Shown here one piece after another: positions 34,701 to 36,362 of a stretch of DNA of 36,362 bases. The notes under the pieces were generated by a model, which did no database searches, was not told where the DNA came from, and saw nothing but the letters and a program-made list of their open reading frames with translations. The DNA lies in IMG/VR virus record IMGVR_UViG_3300037467_002711, positions 1-36,362 of that record. One strand, 5' to 3'. Source of the stretch: a virus (Duplodnaviria > Caudoviricetes). The position numbers were made by a program, and so were the translations under genes. Numbering within the stretch: position 1 is the first letter of the stretch; every line of letters begins with the position of its first letter.

Positions 34701-35222
34701 CTATTTTTTACCGCCTTTGCCTTTTTTATTAGGCTCTTCTTTCTTTGCGGGTTTTTTACCACCTTTTTTAGGTTTTTCTTCCTCTTCTTCATCCTCATCG
34801 TCATCATCTTCGTCTTCATCATCCTCGTCTTCATCATCCTCGTCCTCATCTTCATCCTCATCATCGTCATCATCTTCATCGTCATCCTCATCATCGTCTT
34901 CATCTTCCTCATCGTCTTCATCCTCTTCTTCGTCGTCCTCATCGTCATCATCTTCGTTATCGCTATCGTCATCATCATCCCCATCGTCATCACCCTCATC
35001 CTCATCTTCTTCATCCTCGTCGTCTTCTTCATCCTCATCCTCTTCTGTAGCCTTGGAAGCCTTTGCCTCTGCTGCTTTGCCATTTTTTTGAGTTTCGGTT
35101 GTGTGCAATACGAATGTCTCTTGGGTACCATCAACATAAGTGATAGTCATGAAAAGGCCTTGGATTTTGATTTCCTTAATCTCTTTGGCCTGAATTGTTC
35201 TACCGGTAGAACCTTTTGACAT
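34701..35222 (-). CDS. Protein with a very long Asp/Glu tract and a Lys-rich tail
   Basis: About 45 aa beta-type head, roughly 88 residues almost all D/E, then KPKKGGKKPAKK...GKGGKK. Confidence 0.8.
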   Translation of the reverse strand: MSKGSTGRTIQAKEIKEIKIQGLFMTITYVDGTQETFVLHTTETQKNGKAAEAKASKATEEDEDEEDDEDEEDEDEGDDDGDDDDDSDNEDDDDEDDEEEDEDDEEDEDDDEDDDEDDDDDEDEDEDEDDEDEDDEDEDDDDEDEEEEEKPKKGGKKPAKKEEPNKKGKGGKK

Positions 35223-35279
35223 AAAAATTGAATTTAGGTTTTTGTTAATGTAATATAATAGTTCCTGGAAGCATTAGCA

Positions 35280-35519
35280 TTATTCAACTACGGTTTGGAT
35301 AGAGATGGTAAAGGTACCATCTTCGGGTTTGTGTATTGCCTTTGCCAAACCGTATGCCTTCTTATTAAACTCGGCAACCCTATTAGCAAGGATAATAATT
35401 TCGGTTTCTGGTGAGTCATCGGTAGTACATTGCCCTTCTACCTTTTCGATGAGCTCTACCTTAAGGTCTTCGTTGTCTGGTACCAATTTAGCTCGGTACA
35501 TTGTGGTAATTATTTTCAT
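35280..35519 (-). CDS. Hypothetical protein
   Basis: ATGA overlap with the upstream gene. Confidence 0.7.
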   Translation of the reverse strand: MKIITTMYRAKLVPDNEDLKVELIEKVEGQCTTDDSPETEIIILANRVAEFNKKAYGLAKAIHKPEDGTFTISIQTVVE

Positions 35520-36103
35520 ATTCTTTGTTCGTGGCTTATGTAGTTTATAGTAGTTCCTTTAATACCGAATTTCTCGTAAAAGGCTTGTGCCTCTTCCTTG
35601 GTTTCATAGTCTGTGGGGTGTATTAACCTCAATATCCTATGCCATATTACCCATTTACCCGCCTCAAGGTAATCTATATCCTCATAAGAGATGAAGCCCC
35701 TTTTTAATAACTCCTTTATTTTAAGGGTTTCCGTGGGTGCCTCAAGCTTCTTTAGGGTTTTGTATTTGGCATATTTCTTTTGGATTACAGCCTCGAACCT
35801 GGTTGCCAATTTATCAATAAAGTCGGCAGCAGATTGTGAGGTACCTCCTGGCCAGGAGTGGTGATAAGGGAATACCGTGGTGTGTAATACCCTGCCTATT
35901 GTAAGGCATAACATTAAACGGTTAGGGTTTTGTAATAGGTACTTCATTGTTAGGATTGCTTGCCATCCCACGGTTGAGGCAGTAATGGTCAAGTTGGTAT
36001 CAAGCTCTTTGGCGCATCTTTGTAAGAACACTTTTTTGTGTTCTATAATCGAGGCTAATCCCTTTTCCTCGGCAGGCGTCCAGGATATCTTGCTCTTTGC
36101 CAT
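35516..36103 (-). CDS. Hypothetical protein
   Basis: 195 aa ORF. Confidence 0.75.
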   Translation of the reverse strand: MAKSKISWTPAEEKGLASIIEHKKVFLQRCAKELDTNLTITASTVGWQAILTMKYLLQNPNRLMLCLTIGRVLHTTVFPYHHSWPGGTSQSAADFIDKLATRFEAVIQKKYAKYKTLKKLEAPTETLKIKELLKRGFISYEDIDYLEAGKWVIWHRILRLIHPTDYETKEEAQAFYEKFGIKGTTINYISHEQRI

Positions 36104-36362
36104 AAAGTTGTATTGTTTCGGTGAGTAAATAAGGTATTATAAGGTCCTTTCGTTGGATACTGATTTTACAGAACTTAAGTTGCTTAGTTCTTATATCAAC
36201 CCTTAATGCCTTAATCTCAAACAGGATGCCCTTCTTTTTGGATATTTTCTTTTTAATAATTATATAATGCCAATTTTTATTTTTCCTCTCCAGCCTAAAG
36301 CACATTGCCATGGTATTGGGACTATCCGCAATCCATTGCTTATTCTTTATTAACCTAACCTG

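Noticed and set aside
34682-35137. Poly-Ser ORF (34717-35091 +) and Met/Lys/Thr-rich ORF (34682-35137 -)
   Set aside because: These are shadow frames of the GAN-codon acidic tract.
36000-36311. 103 aa minus-strand ORF
   Set aside because: It overlaps the 35516-36103 gene by about 100 nt and crosses AT-rich, promoter-like DNA, so it is not supportable as called.
1-36362. Stop-codon reassignment as in some crAss-like phages
   Set aside because: Long genes are intact in code 11, and TAG ends several well-defined genes (portal, MCP).

Overview
This window is part of a large lytic tailed dsDNA phage genome. The host is very probably a Bacteroidota bacterium, inferred from TAnnTT(T)GC -7 promoter boxes, the lack of Shine-Dalgarno motifs, and signal peptides cleaved before Gln. 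Region 1-10.6 kb (minus strand) holds, in transcription order, a Dcm-like methyltransferase, glucosaminidase endolysin, spanin-like protein, large terminase, portal, prohead protease/scaffold, decoration protein, major capsid protein, and a truncated fibre-like protein that unexpectedly carries a Sec signal peptide. Region 10.6-15.1 kb (plus strand) holds small genes, a NUDIX hydrolase, and the best candidate for a new system: a tandem array of non-coding units, each TACTATT box + short unique sequence + GC hairpin with a shared TTTCTA-type loop + T tract, which look like phage small-RNA genes. Region 15.2-17.9 kb is an AT-rich island framed by repeats, possibly a genome end or packaging region. 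Region 16.8-36.3 kb (minus strand) holds about 45 early-type genes organised by 14 copies of a bipartite promoter module (GCCCA/ACCCA box about 44 bp from a TTGCAT -7 box). All family assignments come from motif recognition by eye, not from database searches.
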